The notes below the pieces were generated by a model. It was not told where the DNA came from, ran no database searches, and worked only from the letters and a program-made list of their open reading frames with translations. 64,000 nt of DNA from Chloroflexota bacterium (lineage in GTDB: Bacteria > Chloroflexota > Anaerolineae > B4-G1). How positions within the stretch are numbered: the first letter of the stretch is position 1; every line of letters begins with the position of its first letter. The stretch lies in the NCBI GenBank assembly GCA_034189605.1, contig JAXHUO010000001.1:133976-197975 (forward strand), given 5' to 3'. This document shows positions 45,507-56,409 of the stretch, one piece after another. Both the position numbers and the translations under genes were made by a program.

Positions 45507-46424
45507 ATGCTCGATCTAGGAATCGTCATCACCAGTTATAATACCCGTGACTTGCTGCGCACCTGCCTGCATTCGGTTTACGCCAGCCAGGGCGATTTCA
45601 CCTTTGAAGCCTGCGTCGTAGATGACGCCTCGTCCGATGGCAGTGCCGCGATGGTCGCCGCCGAGTTTCCCCAGGCGCGGCTCATCGCTAACACAGAGAA
45701 CGTCGGCTATCCCTCCGCCAACAATCAGGGGCTGGAGGCGTTCGGCTTCACCACCCGGCCAACCAACCAACCGGCCAGCAAGCAAACAAACAAACCTGCA
45801 TTTGCGTTGCTCTTGAACTCTGATACGGAATTGCCGCCGGACGCGCTGGCGCGGATGCTGGACTTTATGGTCGAGCATCCTGATGCTGGCGTCGCAGGTC
45901 CCAAACTGGTGCTTCCAGACAGATCGCTTGACCTGGCCTGCCGGCGTTCATTCCCCACGCCAGAGATCTCCTTCTACCGGCTGACGGGTCTTGCACGCCT
46001 GTTCCCTCGTAGCCGGCGTTTTGGCCGCTACAATCTCACCTATCTCGACCCGGATCAGGTCACCGAAGTGGATTCCGTCGTGGGAGCGTTTATGCTGGTG
46101 CGGGCAGAGGCTATTGCCCAGGTCGGCTTAATGGACGGGCAGTTCTTTTTGTACGGCGAAGACCTGGACTGGGCCTATCGCATCAAGGCAGCCGGCTGGA
46201 AGGTCTACTACAACTCGGCCGTGACTGTGTTGCACGTCAAGCGGGCATCCACCCGTCAGAATCCGCGGGCGCAGGTCGAGTTCTACCGGGCGATGGATAT
46301 TTTCTACCGGAAGCATTATGCTGCTGAGACCCCCTGGTGGCTCCACGCTCTCATCGTCAGTGCTATTTCGTTGCGACAGGGATTGGAACAATTGCGGCTT
46401 ATCATCACCTCAACCGGAGAATGA
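45507..46424 (+). CDS. GT2 glycosyltransferase (WbbL-like)
   Basis: VVDDASSDGS, LLNSD, GAFML and FFLYGEDLDW motifs. Confidence 0.92.
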   Translation: MLDLGIVITSYNTRDLLRTCLHSVYASQGDFTFEACVVDDASSDGSAAMVAAEFPQARLIANTENVGYPSANNQGLEAFGFTTRPTNQPASKQTNKPAFALLLNSDTELPPDALARMLDFMVEHPDAGVAGPKLVLPDRSLDLACRRSFPTPEISFYRLTGLARLFPRSRRFGRYNLTYLDPDQVTEVDSVVGAFMLVRAEAIAQVGLMDGQFFLYGEDLDWAYRIKAAGWKVYYNSAVTVLHVKRASTRQNPRAQVEFYRAMDIFYRKHYAAETPWWLHALIVSAISLRQGLEQLRLIITSTGE

Positions 46425-46438
46425 TAGGAGGCGACATT

Positions 46439-47851
46439 GTGAAGTCGAAGACGCGAACTCAGCTGATATTTGTGCTCACGTTGGCTCTTACTGATGCAGT
46501 GATGGCCAACCTGGCTTTCTTGGTGGCCTACTGGGTGCGCCGCTGGATTCCCTGGCCGAATGAGGCTCAGGCCATGGGAAGTTTCTCCGCTTATTCTGGC
46601 ATTGTGTTGGCCCACGTCGTATCCATCCTGGTGGTGTTTGCGTTCACCCGTTTGTACCGATTGACCCGTATGCCTTCGCGCGTTGACGAGTTCTACTCCA
46701 TTTTCGCATCCACGACGGTGGGCACGTTGATGGGGGTGGCACTCTCCTCACTGCTTTTTAAGAATAGCCCTCTGGAACTGGACTACTCGCGGGGGATGAT
46801 CCTGTACGGCTGGGGGCTCACCATCGTGTTTATCACCATCGGTCGAGTGGCGCACGCGCAGGTTCGTGCCAGTCTGCGGGAGCAGGGCTGGGGGCGCGAC
46901 CGGGTGCTCATCGTCGGTACCGGTGACGTGGGGTGGATGATCTTCCAGAAGATTCAATCGAACCCTGGACTGGGATACGAAGTGGTCGGCTTTGTCACCA
47001 ACGGCTCGGATGATGTTCCATTGGGGGCTCGAGTTCTCGGGCACGCTGGGGACCTGTCGCCCATCATTGACGAGCACCGGGTTGACGAGGTCATCATCGC
47101 CCTGCCAGAGGCGACGCATCAGGAAATCCTGATGTTGCTTTCGGAATGTGAGCGGGGCAAGGTCACGATCAAGGTCTACCCCGACGTGTTCCAGATTATG
47201 GCCAGTCAGGTCAGCATCGGCGACCTGGGAGGGCTGCCGCTGCTGACTGTGCGCGACATTGCATTGCGCGGCTGGCGACGTGTGGCCAAGCGGCTGATGG
47301 ACGTCGTGGGGGCGGCCTGTGGACTGGTTTTGATTTCGCCACTGCTGATGCTGATGGCGGTCCTGGTCAAACTGGATTCGCGCGGCCCGGTGTTTTATGT
47401 CCAGGAGCGGATGGGGCTCGACGCCCGGCTTTTTCAGATGCTAAAATTCCGCTCTATGCGGCAGGATGCAGAAGCTAGTGGGCCTGGCTGGACGGTGGAG
47501 GACGACCCGCGCGCCACCAGGCTGGGCCGCATTATACGTCGCTTCAACATAGATGAACTGCCCCAACTGATCAACGTGTTGCTGGGAGAGATGAGCCTGG
47601 TGGGACCGCGCCCTGAGCGTTCTGTCTACGTCAACCAGTTCCGCCGCTCTATCCCGCGTTATATGGACCGCCACTGGGAGAAGGGGGGTATCACGGGCTG
47701 GGCGCAGGTCAATGGGCTGCGGGGAGATACTTCCATTGCCGATAGAACCAGGTACGACTTGTGGTACATTGAGAACTGGTCGTTGCTTCTGGACATCAAG
47801 ATACTGATCCGCACGTTTTTTAATATTTTCAGATCGCCGAATGCTTACTGA
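46439..47851 (+). CDS. Undecaprenyl-phosphate sugar phosphotransferase (WcaJ/CpsE family)
   Basis: KRLMD, KFRSM, DELPQLINV...MSLVGPRPE and GITGWAQVNG motifs; RBS AGGAGG before the GTG start. Confidence 0.93.
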   Translation: MKSKTRTQLIFVLTLALTDAVMANLAFLVAYWVRRWIPWPNEAQAMGSFSAYSGIVLAHVVSILVVFAFTRLYRLTRMPSRVDEFYSIFASTTVGTLMGVALSSLLFKNSPLELDYSRGMILYGWGLTIVFITIGRVAHAQVRASLREQGWGRDRVLIVGTGDVGWMIFQKIQSNPGLGYEVVGFVTNGSDDVPLGARVLGHAGDLSPIIDEHRVDEVIIALPEATHQEILMLLSECERGKVTIKVYPDVFQIMASQVSIGDLGGLPLLTVRDIALRGWRRVAKRLMDVVGAACGLVLISPLLMLMAVLVKLDSRGPVFYVQERMGLDARLFQMLKFRSMRQDAEASGPGWTVEDDPRATRLGRIIRRFNIDELPQLINVLLGEMSLVGPRPERSVYVNQFRRSIPRYMDRHWEKGGITGWAQVNGLRGDTSIADRTRYDLWYIENWSLLLDIKILIRTFFNIFRSPNAY

Positions 47852-47871
47852 GGGCCAAGTCTCCGTTGTGG

Positions 47872-50800
47872 TCAGGGAATGGTCACGAGTTCGGAGAGGA
47901 CGAGGCGGTTATTGGGCAGGACGCTGCCCGTCACATCCTGCGCTTCCAGTCGAATCTTGGTCTCAGGTTCGTACCAGCCGATGGCCAGATCATACTGCCC
48001 GCCTGGTACTCCCTCTAGTGAAAGCACAACCTCGTCGGAGACGATTTCCTCAGGAGCCCACAGTCCGGTGGGGTAGGTGAATCCCCGGGGCATTGTGTCC
48101 ACTTGTGTTACAGGCTGACCGGTGATCTGGTCGGCCAGGTGTACAAAGAGCATATAGTGCTGATCGGGGATGGTCAGGGCCCGCCAGTGGAGCGTCAGGT
48201 GCAGTGTGTCTCTATCTTGTTTCAGGTCGTACCCTGCCAGTTCAATCACCTCGCCGAAGCGGATGCTCGTTTCATGCTGCATTGGCGGCAGTTCCCAGAC
48301 CCGCTCCCGCTCCTGCACGCGCACAGGCTCTGAGTGTGTATACGTGCCCAGCGACGCGCCGCTGGTGGGATTGTGCAGCGTGAGCGAGAGAGTATAGTTG
48401 CCCGGGGGGGCGGTGGGCGGGATGGGCAGCACGGCGCGGCCAACGACCCAGGCCCCGGCAGGCCAGGTGGCCGGTGGTGAGCCGGGGGCCAACGGTGTAA
48501 ATAACGAATCGTGAATAACAAACCGTGACGTTTCAGCCATCTCCAGTCGCCACTCTGCCATATAGTCCGCCGAGGGCTGCTCTATGGCCAGCCAGCAGGC
48601 TGTCAGAGGTAGGGTCTCCCCTTGTTGCACACGCTCTGGCACCTTCAGCCGGTTCAGTGCCAGTTCATCCCCAAAGTGAGCGATGGTCCGCGCGTCAGGA
48701 CGCAGGGTGGCCCGATCCAACGAGATGGAGGAGATGAACTCTCCCACGCTCTCCCAGGTCGTCACGCGGTAGAGGTTCACGGTGAGGGTATAGTCGTCGC
48801 CGGGTGGGATGCCTGTCGGAAGTAGGAGGGTGTAACGGTCGTGGACAATGCGGCCAACCGGCCACAGGCTGGTGGGCAGGAAGCCGTAGCCGGGTTGGGT
48901 GTCCAGCCGCGTCCACTCGTTGCCGGCGGGGTCGGTCAGCCGCAGGCGGAGCCCATAGTTGGCGGCGATGGATTTGGCGGCGGACCAGTCGAGACGTAAG
49001 TCGAGCCGATCGGGTGCAACCTGCGTGGCCTCGACGGCATGCAGATGCAGTGCGCCCTCGGCGAACATGCTACCTGCAGGTTGCCCTGTGGACGTTTCAC
49101 CTGCGCTTACCCAAACCGGCCGCAGGTAGGCCGTCTTGACCTTCTCACCCCCTCCCTCCAGGTGGACCAGGTACAGGCCTGGGGCTGCTTCTTGAGGGAT
49201 AGGCAGTTCAAGCGCGGTGCTGCCCGGCCAGGGGATGGTGGGTGATGGGGTGTCTGGTTGCAATTGAGCGGTGACTGTTGCCACTGCGGAGAGTTCATCC
49301 TGGCGAATTACTGCTGGCGAGACCAGGCGCAAGGTCACGCTATTTTCTCCTTGCCACGCATTCCAATCGAGTGTCACGTCCAGCGTGTCCCCCGGGGCAA
49401 GCCGGTCGGTGCTGTAGCGGTAGCCGGCCATTTGCCACCGGTCAAAGTCCACGCCGCCGGGGTTGTGGTGCAGGTATGGCATGCGCTCAAAGTCCATGGT
49501 GAGATCGTCACCGTTGGTAAGAGCCACACGTGGGTTGAAGGTGAGGAGTAGAGCGAGTGAAATGACAAATGACAGGTGGCAAGTGATCAAGGGCCAATTT
49601 AGCGTTTGGGATTTGGGGTTTTGGGTTTCGCGCCTGGATGTAATGGCGACTACCAGCAGCACCAATGCTGTGACCAGCGATACTCCTTCGGCGACGGCGC
49701 GCAGCGGAGTGCGGCCCAGCCACATCACGACCGTGTGTCGCCCGGCGGGGACTGCCAGTGTGAGGTAGCCTGAATCGGGCGCGGGTTTCGCTTCAGCGGG
49801 CGCGCCGTCCACCATTGCCCGCCAGCCGGGCCAGTAGTAGAGCGGGAAGGCCACCTCTGCGCCTCCCGGGCCAGTTTCCACCATCCAAACGCGGCGCGTT
49901 GCTTTGTGTGTGGTTTCCTCCGCACTTACCAGTTCGCCGCTGAGCAAGATGGCCTGCGGAGGGGCATGGGGATTGAAGAGGGTCGGGCCTGTATAGGGAC
50001 GTGGCACTACCCAGTGGGGCAGGTACTCGTGACGGATGGTCGAGCCGACGTTGCCGGTAAAGAGTTCGTATAGTTGTAGCCTCTCGATGGTGATTTCCTC
50101 GGCTGTGATAGTCAAGTATTCGGGGTGTAGGCCGGCCAGACTGACCACGCCCAAGAGGATGGCCAGGGCAGTGGCGACGGCCCAGCCTGAGCGGCGTAGG
50201 TATGTCACCAGCACGCCGCCAAGTAGTGCGGCGAAAAGCGCCTGTACTGAGAGCAATCGCCAGGGGAACTGAACCATCGGTAGCAGCGGCAGGTGGTCCC
50301 ACAGTGGGCGGGAGAGAGGCGTGATTAGCCATGTGCTGAGGGCCAGGCCGAGAATGACGAATAACGAATGGCGAATGGCGAATGGCGAACGGCGAACGGT
50401 CAAACGCGAACGTGCCCATTCGACGATGATGACGAGCACGCCAGCGAGCGCCAGCGTCGCCTGCACCAATCCCATCGCGAAGGGGGTTGGGCCGCTGGGG
50501 GTGATGGCATAGTCGAAGATGAGCCTTGGTTGTACCAGATCTGGCCCCCGAAAGTGGTTGCCGTAGAAGAAATAGCCACTGGTCTGGGCGGTCAGTTGAA
50601 CGTGACCGGTCTCGGCCAGGGCGGGGAGCCAAAACCAGGCCGAAAGTAAAATCCCAATTAACAATGGGACAATGAGCAATGAACAACGGCAAATGACAAA
50701 CCGCCTCTTCTCTCCTGCTTTTTGTTTCCTGTTCTCTGCTTCATGCTCTTTTTCTGCAGCGCACGATATCACCACGATATACAACAGCATAAAAGGGGAA

Positions 50801-51414
50801 AAGATCAGGGCGGACCCGTTGTGGGTGAGGATCAGGCCCGCGTATGCCAGGGCAGAGGGAAGGGTGCGGCGGAGGGACGGACGTGCTGCCAGGTGATCCA
50901 GACCCCACAGGATGAGGGGATAGAAGGCGAAGGCGGCGAACTCGGAGAGCGAGTCGCCGCGCACGTAGACGTTGACCATGTGGAAGGGGGCCAGGGTGTA
51001 GGCGACAGCGGCCAGCCAGCCGCCAGGCTGGCTGTGTAATACCCGCCGCGCCCAGCCATATATTCCCAGCGCCGCCGCTGCGAAAAAAAGTGTCTGGGTG
51101 AGTTTGATGGCGCTGAGGATGTCCAGGCCGACCAGGGTGAACCCTGCGGCCAGGTAGTATGGCAGCGCCGCATAGTAACTGAAGAAGGGGTAGCCCAGCC
51201 CGTAGGCAGCGTCGGGCATCCAGCGGACTGGAAAGACGCCAGTTTGCAGGTTGACTGCCAATTGGTGGGTGCGCAGTAGAAGGAAGGGGCTGTCGCCGCC
51301 TCCTCGGGTATTCAGCAGGCCGGGCCCCCACAGCGGCCCGGCCGCGATCAACACCACAAACAGGAGCGCCGCCAGGGGCACGACGTTTCCCCAGACGACG
51401 CTCCGTGAGTGCAT
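47872..51414 (-). CDS. Large multi-pass membrane protein (YfhO/PTPS-related, GT-C-like) with repeated extracellular beta-sandwich modules
   Basis: RWMPDAAYGLGYPFF, QFPWR and YWPGWRA motifs; about 4 C-terminal L.W...P...W..G modules. Confidence 0.75.
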   Translation of the reverse strand: MHSRSVVWGNVVPLAALLFVVLIAAGPLWGPGLLNTRGGGDSPFLLLRTHQLAVNLQTGVFPVRWMPDAAYGLGYPFFSYYAALPYYLAAGFTLVGLDILSAIKLTQTLFFAAAALGIYGWARRVLHSQPGGWLAAVAYTLAPFHMVNVYVRGDSLSEFAAFAFYPLILWGLDHLAARPSLRRTLPSALAYAGLILTHNGSALIFSPFMLLYIVVISCAAEKEHEAENRKQKAGEKRRFVICRCSLLIVPLLIGILLSAWFWLPALAETGHVQLTAQTSGYFFYGNHFRGPDLVQPRLIFDYAITPSGPTPFAMGLVQATLALAGVLVIIVEWARSRLTVRRSPFAIRHSLFVILGLALSTWLITPLSRPLWDHLPLLPMVQFPWRLLSVQALFAALLGGVLVTYLRRSGWAVATALAILLGVVSLAGLHPEYLTITAEEITIERLQLYELFTGNVGSTIRHEYLPHWVVPRPYTGPTLFNPHAPPQAILLSGELVSAEETTHKATRRVWMVETGPGGAEVAFPLYYWPGWRAMVDGAPAEAKPAPDSGYLTLAVPAGRHTVVMWLGRTPLRAVAEGVSLVTALVLLVVAITSRRETQNPKSQTLNWPLITCHLSFVISLALLLTFNPRVALTNGDDLTMDFERMPYLHHNPGGVDFDRWQMAGYRYSTDRLAPGDTLDVTLDWNAWQGENSVTLRLVSPAVIRQDELSAVATVTAQLQPDTPSPTIPWPGSTALELPIPQEAAPGLYLVHLEGGGEKVKTAYLRPVWVSAGETSTGQPAGSMFAEGALHLHAVEATQVAPDRLDLRLDWSAAKSIAANYGLRLRLTDPAGNEWTRLDTQPGYGFLPTSLWPVGRIVHDRYTLLLPTGIPPGDDYTLTVNLYRVTTWESVGEFISSISLDRATLRPDARTIAHFGDELALNRLKVPERVQQGETLPLTACWLAIEQPSADYMAEWRLEMAETSRFVIHDSLFTPLAPGSPPATWPAGAWVVGRAVLPIPPTAPPGNYTLSLTLHNPTSGASLGTYTHSEPVRVQERERVWELPPMQHETSIRFGEVIELAGYDLKQDRDTLHLTLHWRALTIPDQHYMLFVHLADQITGQPVTQVDTMPRGFTYPTGLWAPEEIVSDEVVLSLEGVPGGQYDLAIGWYEPETKIRLEAQDVTGSVLPNNRLVLSELVTIP

Positions 51415-51524
51415 CTCAAAGGCCTTCAAGGTTTCCTTGGCGAGCTCGTTATGCGGCTCCTAATCGCTCTTTTTTGCTGCGGTATGCCCGAACCTGATGG
51501 CAAACCCCCGGGGGTTTGATTGAC

Positions 51525-53099
51525 TTACATCCTCCGCCGGTTGAGGACGAAGAGCACTGCCGCTCCTACAGCCAGGATGAGAACCAGCACGCCGCTGACC
51601 TTGGCGACAGTTGCAAAGACGCGGCTGAAGGTCGAGTTGTCGGTCGGTTCGTTGTTCTCTTCACTCGCCGGGGGAGGCTCAGCAGCCTCACCCTCCCCAC
51701 CAGGGGAAGCCGGGCTCTCGCTCCGTGCATTGCCAAACTGCAGGTCCCAACTCATATCCTCTGATAGGGCCACTGCCCACTCGGCGGGACCGCTAGGTGC
51801 ATAGCCTGGCGGCGGGTTCTGGATCACCCGGTAGGCCCCTGGGAGTATCCCGGTGAAGCAGTAAGGTTCATTGATACCGTCTGAGGTATACCGATCCGTC
51901 ACGCCGGAGGCATCAGCGACGGTGAACTCGGCGTTGGGTAAGAGTTCCTCGGTCTCCTCGTCGCGGAACGTGTCGTTGTTTCGGTCATGATAGGCCAGCA
52001 CGCAGATGGAAGCGCCTCCGGGCGTTTCATTTTCCTCTGTCGCGGCGGTCGGCTCGGGTGTGGGTGGCGCAGGTAGTGGTGTGGGAGTAGGCGTCTCGCT
52101 AGGCAGAGAAACCACCAATGTCTGGCCTACGTTGATCAAGTCATTGGGGCCGAGGGAGCCAGCATTGAGTTCGCGGATCTGATCTGTATCTATGCCGTAC
52201 ATCAGCGCAATGCCAAACAGCGTGTCACCCTCCCCGACGATGTGCACCGTCGCGCCATCTGGACGCGGAGTGGGCGTATTACGCGGTGTGGGGGACGGGC
52301 CGGGGGTTGCTGTGGGAGGGGGGGGCGGAGGGGTGTTCGTCGGCGGGATGCCAGGCGCGGTCATCACCAGGCTGGCGTCGTCCCAGTAGGCGTCCTGATA
52401 TTTGAAGCCCCACTTGGTCTGGGAGCGCAGGAAGACACATACGCTGCCTCCCTCCCCCACCTGAGTAGTGACCGGACCGATATGGCTGTAGTTGTCAGCC
52501 GACAGTTGATCTGCGCTCCAGATGATGGTCGGTGAGAATGGATCCGCGATGCCGTTGGGCTCAATGCCGACGTTGAACCACTGATTCCAGGGGTCGCCGC
52601 AAGAATAGCCCAACTTTTCGTCGTTGTTGCAACTCCACCCATGAGCGTATGCCGAAAGCTCTACCGTCGCTCCTGGTTCCAGGCCGGTCACGACCTGGTA
52701 GACCCCCGTATCCTGGAGACGGTAAAAGTTAAAGAGCATCAACGCATAGTTACCGCTACGAATGCGAGGCAGTTCGCCGGTGAATGGGGGTGCATTGGGG
52801 ATGGTCTTGACCTCGGGCTGACCATAGTCACCCCCTTTGCGCCACCAGGTGACCCATCCCTGGGGGGTGAAAATGTTGTCGTGAAATGTCCCATCGTGAA
52901 CGTCGTGCGTCCAGTTGTCCAGACACCATCCTGGTTCCGAATCAGGTCGGCAGGTGATTCCCTCGAATCCAGGGTTCTGCAACAGGTTTACTTCTTGCGC
53001 GTGCCGCGAAGGATCGGGCGTGGCTAGAGAAAAAACCTGCATCGCCCCCAACAGCACGGCTGCTAGCAGGGTGCCGATCAGTATACGTTTTTTAAGCAT
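51525..53099 (-). CDS. Secreted LysM-domain surface protein with Pro/Thr linkers, SdrD-B-like domain and C-terminal membrane anchor
   Basis: Signal peptide; NLLQNPGFE; HIVGEGDTLFGIA (LysM); YHDRNND; terminal TM helix followed by NRRR. Confidence 0.85.
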   Translation of the reverse strand: MLKKRILIGTLLAAVLLGAMQVFSLATPDPSRHAQEVNLLQNPGFEGITCRPDSEPGWCLDNWTHDVHDGTFHDNIFTPQGWVTWWRKGGDYGQPEVKTIPNAPPFTGELPRIRSGNYALMLFNFYRLQDTGVYQVVTGLEPGATVELSAYAHGWSCNNDEKLGYSCGDPWNQWFNVGIEPNGIADPFSPTIIWSADQLSADNYSHIGPVTTQVGEGGSVCVFLRSQTKWGFKYQDAYWDDASLVMTAPGIPPTNTPPPPPPTATPGPSPTPRNTPTPRPDGATVHIVGEGDTLFGIALMYGIDTDQIRELNAGSLGPNDLINVGQTLVVSLPSETPTPTPLPAPPTPEPTAATEENETPGGASICVLAYHDRNNDTFRDEETEELLPNAEFTVADASGVTDRYTSDGINEPYCFTGILPGAYRVIQNPPPGYAPSGPAEWAVALSEDMSWDLQFGNARSESPASPGGEGEAAEPPPASEENNEPTDNSTFSRVFATVAKVSGVLVLILAVGAAVLFVLNRRRM

Positions 53100-53160
53100 T
53101 GGTTCCCTCCCTCAAACAGATTTGTGCTCGCAGAGCGAACAATGGAACAGTGAGCACTAC

Positions 53161-55173
53161 TCATTGATTGGGCAACACCAATTCGTCTCCCAACGGTTCC
53201 CCAGATGGTGTCACCACCTCCAGACGTTCCATCGTTGGCCAGATGTAGAGTCCCACGACGAGTTGGGGCGTGCCTCCCCACTTTTTTGGAGGTTTCAGCA
53301 CGTGGGTATCCACGACCACGTCCCCGCTCCGCCACAACTTTGTGGGGTAATACCCTCTGGCTGGCTCCCCATCATCCTGATCCACCACCCGCTCGCCATC
53401 ACGTAGGTGGACGAAGACGGTGTAATTTTCCAGTGGAGACGCCAAAGCCTCCCATTCCAACTGTACTCGCCACTCCTGGTCGCTGGTCTCAATTGTATAG
53501 TCGGTCAGTGTGATCTGGTCTCCGAAGCGAGCCATGTACTCCGCCGGATGTCCCGCTATTGGATCGGCGGTATAGGCGACGTAGGCTATGTAAGGCGTAT
53601 CCTCCAGGTCTCCCCGGGTCAGCGGCCCTGCGTGCGCCTCAATGCGCGCGTTGCGCGGAAGCAGGTCCATGTACTGCTCTACCCCATCATAGTGCCAGAG
53701 TAGGAGCAACGTCCCTTCCCCCGCGCCCCCCTCTATGGCGGGGGATTCCGTCGGGAGCCGGCTCACCATTTCGGTTTCCGGCACGAGAAATGGGATCGCC
53801 GCCCACTCATCCCACAGTCGGCTGTCCACGTATACACGCCGCCCGGGTCTGGGATTACCCTCTCGTGCCACCAGTCTGTTCCCGTCCCATCCGATGCCGA
53901 CGAAGCGATTGACCTCAGCGGCCAGTTCAGTAGCGGCATCCTCAAACGCATAACTGGTCTGCGGGTCGGTTCCATAGTGGAAGAAATAGTCCCGCCCGGT
54001 CGTGGCCAGGCCAATGGCCAGGATTGTGCAGACTATCACAACTGCCCAGCCGCGTCTCCTGCGTTGCTCCAGCCAGTCCATTGCTGTATCCATCCCCAAC
54101 GCGGGAAAGATAACCAGCAGGGGCAGCACGCCCACCGCTCGCAAAAAGTGTGGTGCGTCCTCGGCCAGCCAGGTGGGTGACAGCATCAGCCCTACCCAAA
54201 TCAGCGTGAGTGCCGGGGCAGTCTCCCGTCGCGCACGCAGCGTTGCCCGCACCAGGCCCAACACCATCATTGCTCCCATCAATGGCCCAAAGACCGGTCG
54301 CCCTGGCGGATTGTGACGTGGGATGGTGTCGCCGCGAATGAAGAACATTCCCAACGTATTGGCCAGTTGGTGACTCAGTGCGCCCCAGAGGTCGCCACTG
54401 TTGATGAGCGGGTTAAAGACCGAGACTTGTCCCGGTCGTCCCATCACCACGTCCCAATGACCCACTGTATAGAGGCCCAACGGTATCAGCGATACCAGTG
54501 TCCCAGCCGTAAACCACGCCGCTCCCGGCCACAGCCAGCGGCTTTGTCCGGTGAACAACAAATAGAGGGCAAAGGCGGCCAACACGACAGGGGTGAAGCG
54601 GGCTGGCAGGTAGGCATAGAAGCAGATGCCGTATAAAAGCCCAGCCAACAGCCAGTTGTGCCAGTGGCGCGAACGGTAGGCCCGCGCTCCTAGCCATAAC
54701 GTTAGAGCCGTCGTCAGAGGTAGCACGACGGCGCGGAACCCTATGCGGCTGAGATGCACGTGCCACAGCGTGATTGCCAGGACGGCTGCGCTCAGTAGCG
54801 CTACGCGCCGATTGAACCAGGCACGGGCCATCAGGTAGGTGGCAGGGATTGTCAATGTGCCACAAACAGCCGCCGCGGACCGCAGGGCCCCCGGCGTCCG
54901 GCCCAGCAAGCCAACCGTGGCGGCGATGAGGTAGATAAACAAGGGTTCGCGGCCACGATTGGCCGCAAAGTAGACCGGCCACTGGCCCGTGATAACGTCC
55001 AGGGCATCCAAGCCGTTGAACGCTTCGTCGTGATAGAGCCCTGGTGGAATGTCCCCCAGAGCAAAGATACGCAGTGCCGCCGCCAGCGCTGTCACACCTA
55101 TGACCAGGGCCCACTCTCCTACCCTCTTGCGCCGGCGCCCTAGTAGAATCTCACCGTCCGCCGAACTTGCCAA
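53161..55173 (-). CDS. ArnT/PMT-like (GT-C) glycosyltransferase
   Basis: PPGLYHDEA and GREPLF motifs, many TM segments, C-terminal YTVFVHL...YPT..W module. Start moved to TTG 55173 because the called ATG 55194 lies inside the promoter. Confidence 0.8.
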   Translation of the reverse strand: MASSADGEILLGRRRKRVGEWALVIGVTALAAALRIFALGDIPPGLYHDEAFNGLDALDVITGQWPVYFAANRGREPLFIYLIAATVGLLGRTPGALRSAAAVCGTLTIPATYLMARAWFNRRVALLSAAVLAITLWHVHLSRIGFRAVVLPLTTALTLWLGARAYRSRHWHNWLLAGLLYGICFYAYLPARFTPVVLAAFALYLLFTGQSRWLWPGAAWFTAGTLVSLIPLGLYTVGHWDVVMGRPGQVSVFNPLINSGDLWGALSHQLANTLGMFFIRGDTIPRHNPPGRPVFGPLMGAMMVLGLVRATLRARRETAPALTLIWVGLMLSPTWLAEDAPHFLRAVGVLPLLVIFPALGMDTAMDWLEQRRRRGWAVVIVCTILAIGLATTGRDYFFHYGTDPQTSYAFEDAATELAAEVNRFVGIGWDGNRLVAREGNPRPGRRVYVDSRLWDEWAAIPFLVPETEMVSRLPTESPAIEGGAGEGTLLLLWHYDGVEQYMDLLPRNARIEAHAGPLTRGDLEDTPYIAYVAYTADPIAGHPAEYMARFGDQITLTDYTIETSDQEWRVQLEWEALASPLENYTVFVHLRDGERVVDQDDGEPARGYYPTKLWRSGDVVVDTHVLKPPKKWGGTPQLVVGLYIWPTMERLEVVTPSGEPLGDELVLPNQ

Positions 55174-55182
55174 AGCGGACAA

Positions 55183-55210
55183 ATTATAGCACAATGCAAG
55201 TGTCTGTCAA
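55183..55210 (-). promoter_or_regulatory. Sigma70 promoter TTGACA-N16-TATAAT (extended TG)
   Basis: Reverse complement of attatagcacaatgcaagtgtctgtcaa. Confidence 0.7.
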
Positions 55211-55239
55211 ACCTTTGAAGTTAACGTAACGGAGGGTCT

Positions 55240-56382
55240 ATGCGTGTCTTGATGATCTCCAAAGCCTGTCTGGTGGGTGCTTACCAACGCAAACTGGAGG
55301 AAATCGCCCGTTTCCAGGACATTGAGTTGATGGTCGCCGTGCCGTCATCGTGGCGCGATGGCAGCCGCGTGATCCTGTTACAGCGAGCCTACACCAGTGG
55401 TTACGAATTGGTCGTCGAACCTATCGCGTTCAACGGGAATTTCCACCTTCACTTTTATCCCCGTCTAGGGCAACGTCTGCGAGCCTTTGCTCCCGACGTA
55501 GTACACGTGGACGAGGAGCCTTACAATTTTGCCACTTTACACGCTCTTCGGCTGGCCCAAAGGTCCGGTGCCCGTGTTTTATGGTTCACGTGGCAGAACC
55601 TGAACCGGCGTTACCCGCTTCCTTTCCGCCTCATTGAACGCTATAATCTGTGCCACGCCGACTATGGTATCGCGGGCAGCCAGGGGGCGGCCAAGGTCTG
55701 GCGCGAGAAGGGGTACACTGGCCCGCTGGCTGTCATCCCGCAGTTCGGTGTAGACCCTGACATCTTTGCTCCGCGCCTGGGCGGGTATGATCCTGCTCGT
55801 GGTTTTGTCATTGGGTACGCGGGGCGATTGGTGCCTGAGAAGGGAGTGGATTTGCTTCTAGAAGCGGTGGCCGGGTTGTCGGGTGGATGGCGGCTGGTGA
55901 TTGTGGGGAGTGGGCCGGAACTGAACCGGCTGGAATTGCTAGCCCGCCGCCTGGGGTTGGCCGACAAGGTCTCTTTTGAGGGAGACATCTCCTCCACTCG
56001 TATGCCGGCCTTTTACCGGGAACTGGACGCGCTGGTGGTCCCCTCTCGCTCCCGTCCTAACTGGATTGAGCAGTTCGGGCGGGTGTTGATCGAGGCGATG
56101 GCTTGCGGCGTGCCTGTCGTCGGGTCTGATTGTGGCGAGATTCCCAATGTGGTGGGCGATGCTGGCCTGATCTTCCCCGAGGAGGATGTCGGGGTGTTGC
56201 GGGAACACTTGACGTGCCTGATGCGTGGGGCCGATTTGTGGGCTGACCTGGCCCGGCGCGGACGGGATCGGGTCAGAGCATGCTTTACCCAGGCGCACGT
56301 CGCCGCGCAGACGGTGGCGGTGTACAGGACAATGAACAATGGATCCATGGAAAATGAACAAGAGTCAATTGCTGGTGGCTGA
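55240..56382 (+). CDS. GT4 glycosyltransferase
   Basis: GRLVPEKG and EQFGRVLIEAMACG motifs. Confidence 0.92.
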   Translation: MRVLMISKACLVGAYQRKLEEIARFQDIELMVAVPSSWRDGSRVILLQRAYTSGYELVVEPIAFNGNFHLHFYPRLGQRLRAFAPDVVHVDEEPYNFATLHALRLAQRSGARVLWFTWQNLNRRYPLPFRLIERYNLCHADYGIAGSQGAAKVWREKGYTGPLAVIPQFGVDPDIFAPRLGGYDPARGFVIGYAGRLVPEKGVDLLLEAVAGLSGGWRLVIVGSGPELNRLELLARRLGLADKVSFEGDISSTRMPAFYRELDALVVPSRSRPNWIEQFGRVLIEAMACGVPVVGSDCGEIPNVVGDAGLIFPEEDVGVLREHLTCLMRGADLWADLARRGRDRVRACFTQAHVAAQTVAVYRTMNNGSMENEQESIAGG

Positions 56383-56409
56383 TTGCTAACTGTTACAGAA
56401 AGGAGTGTT

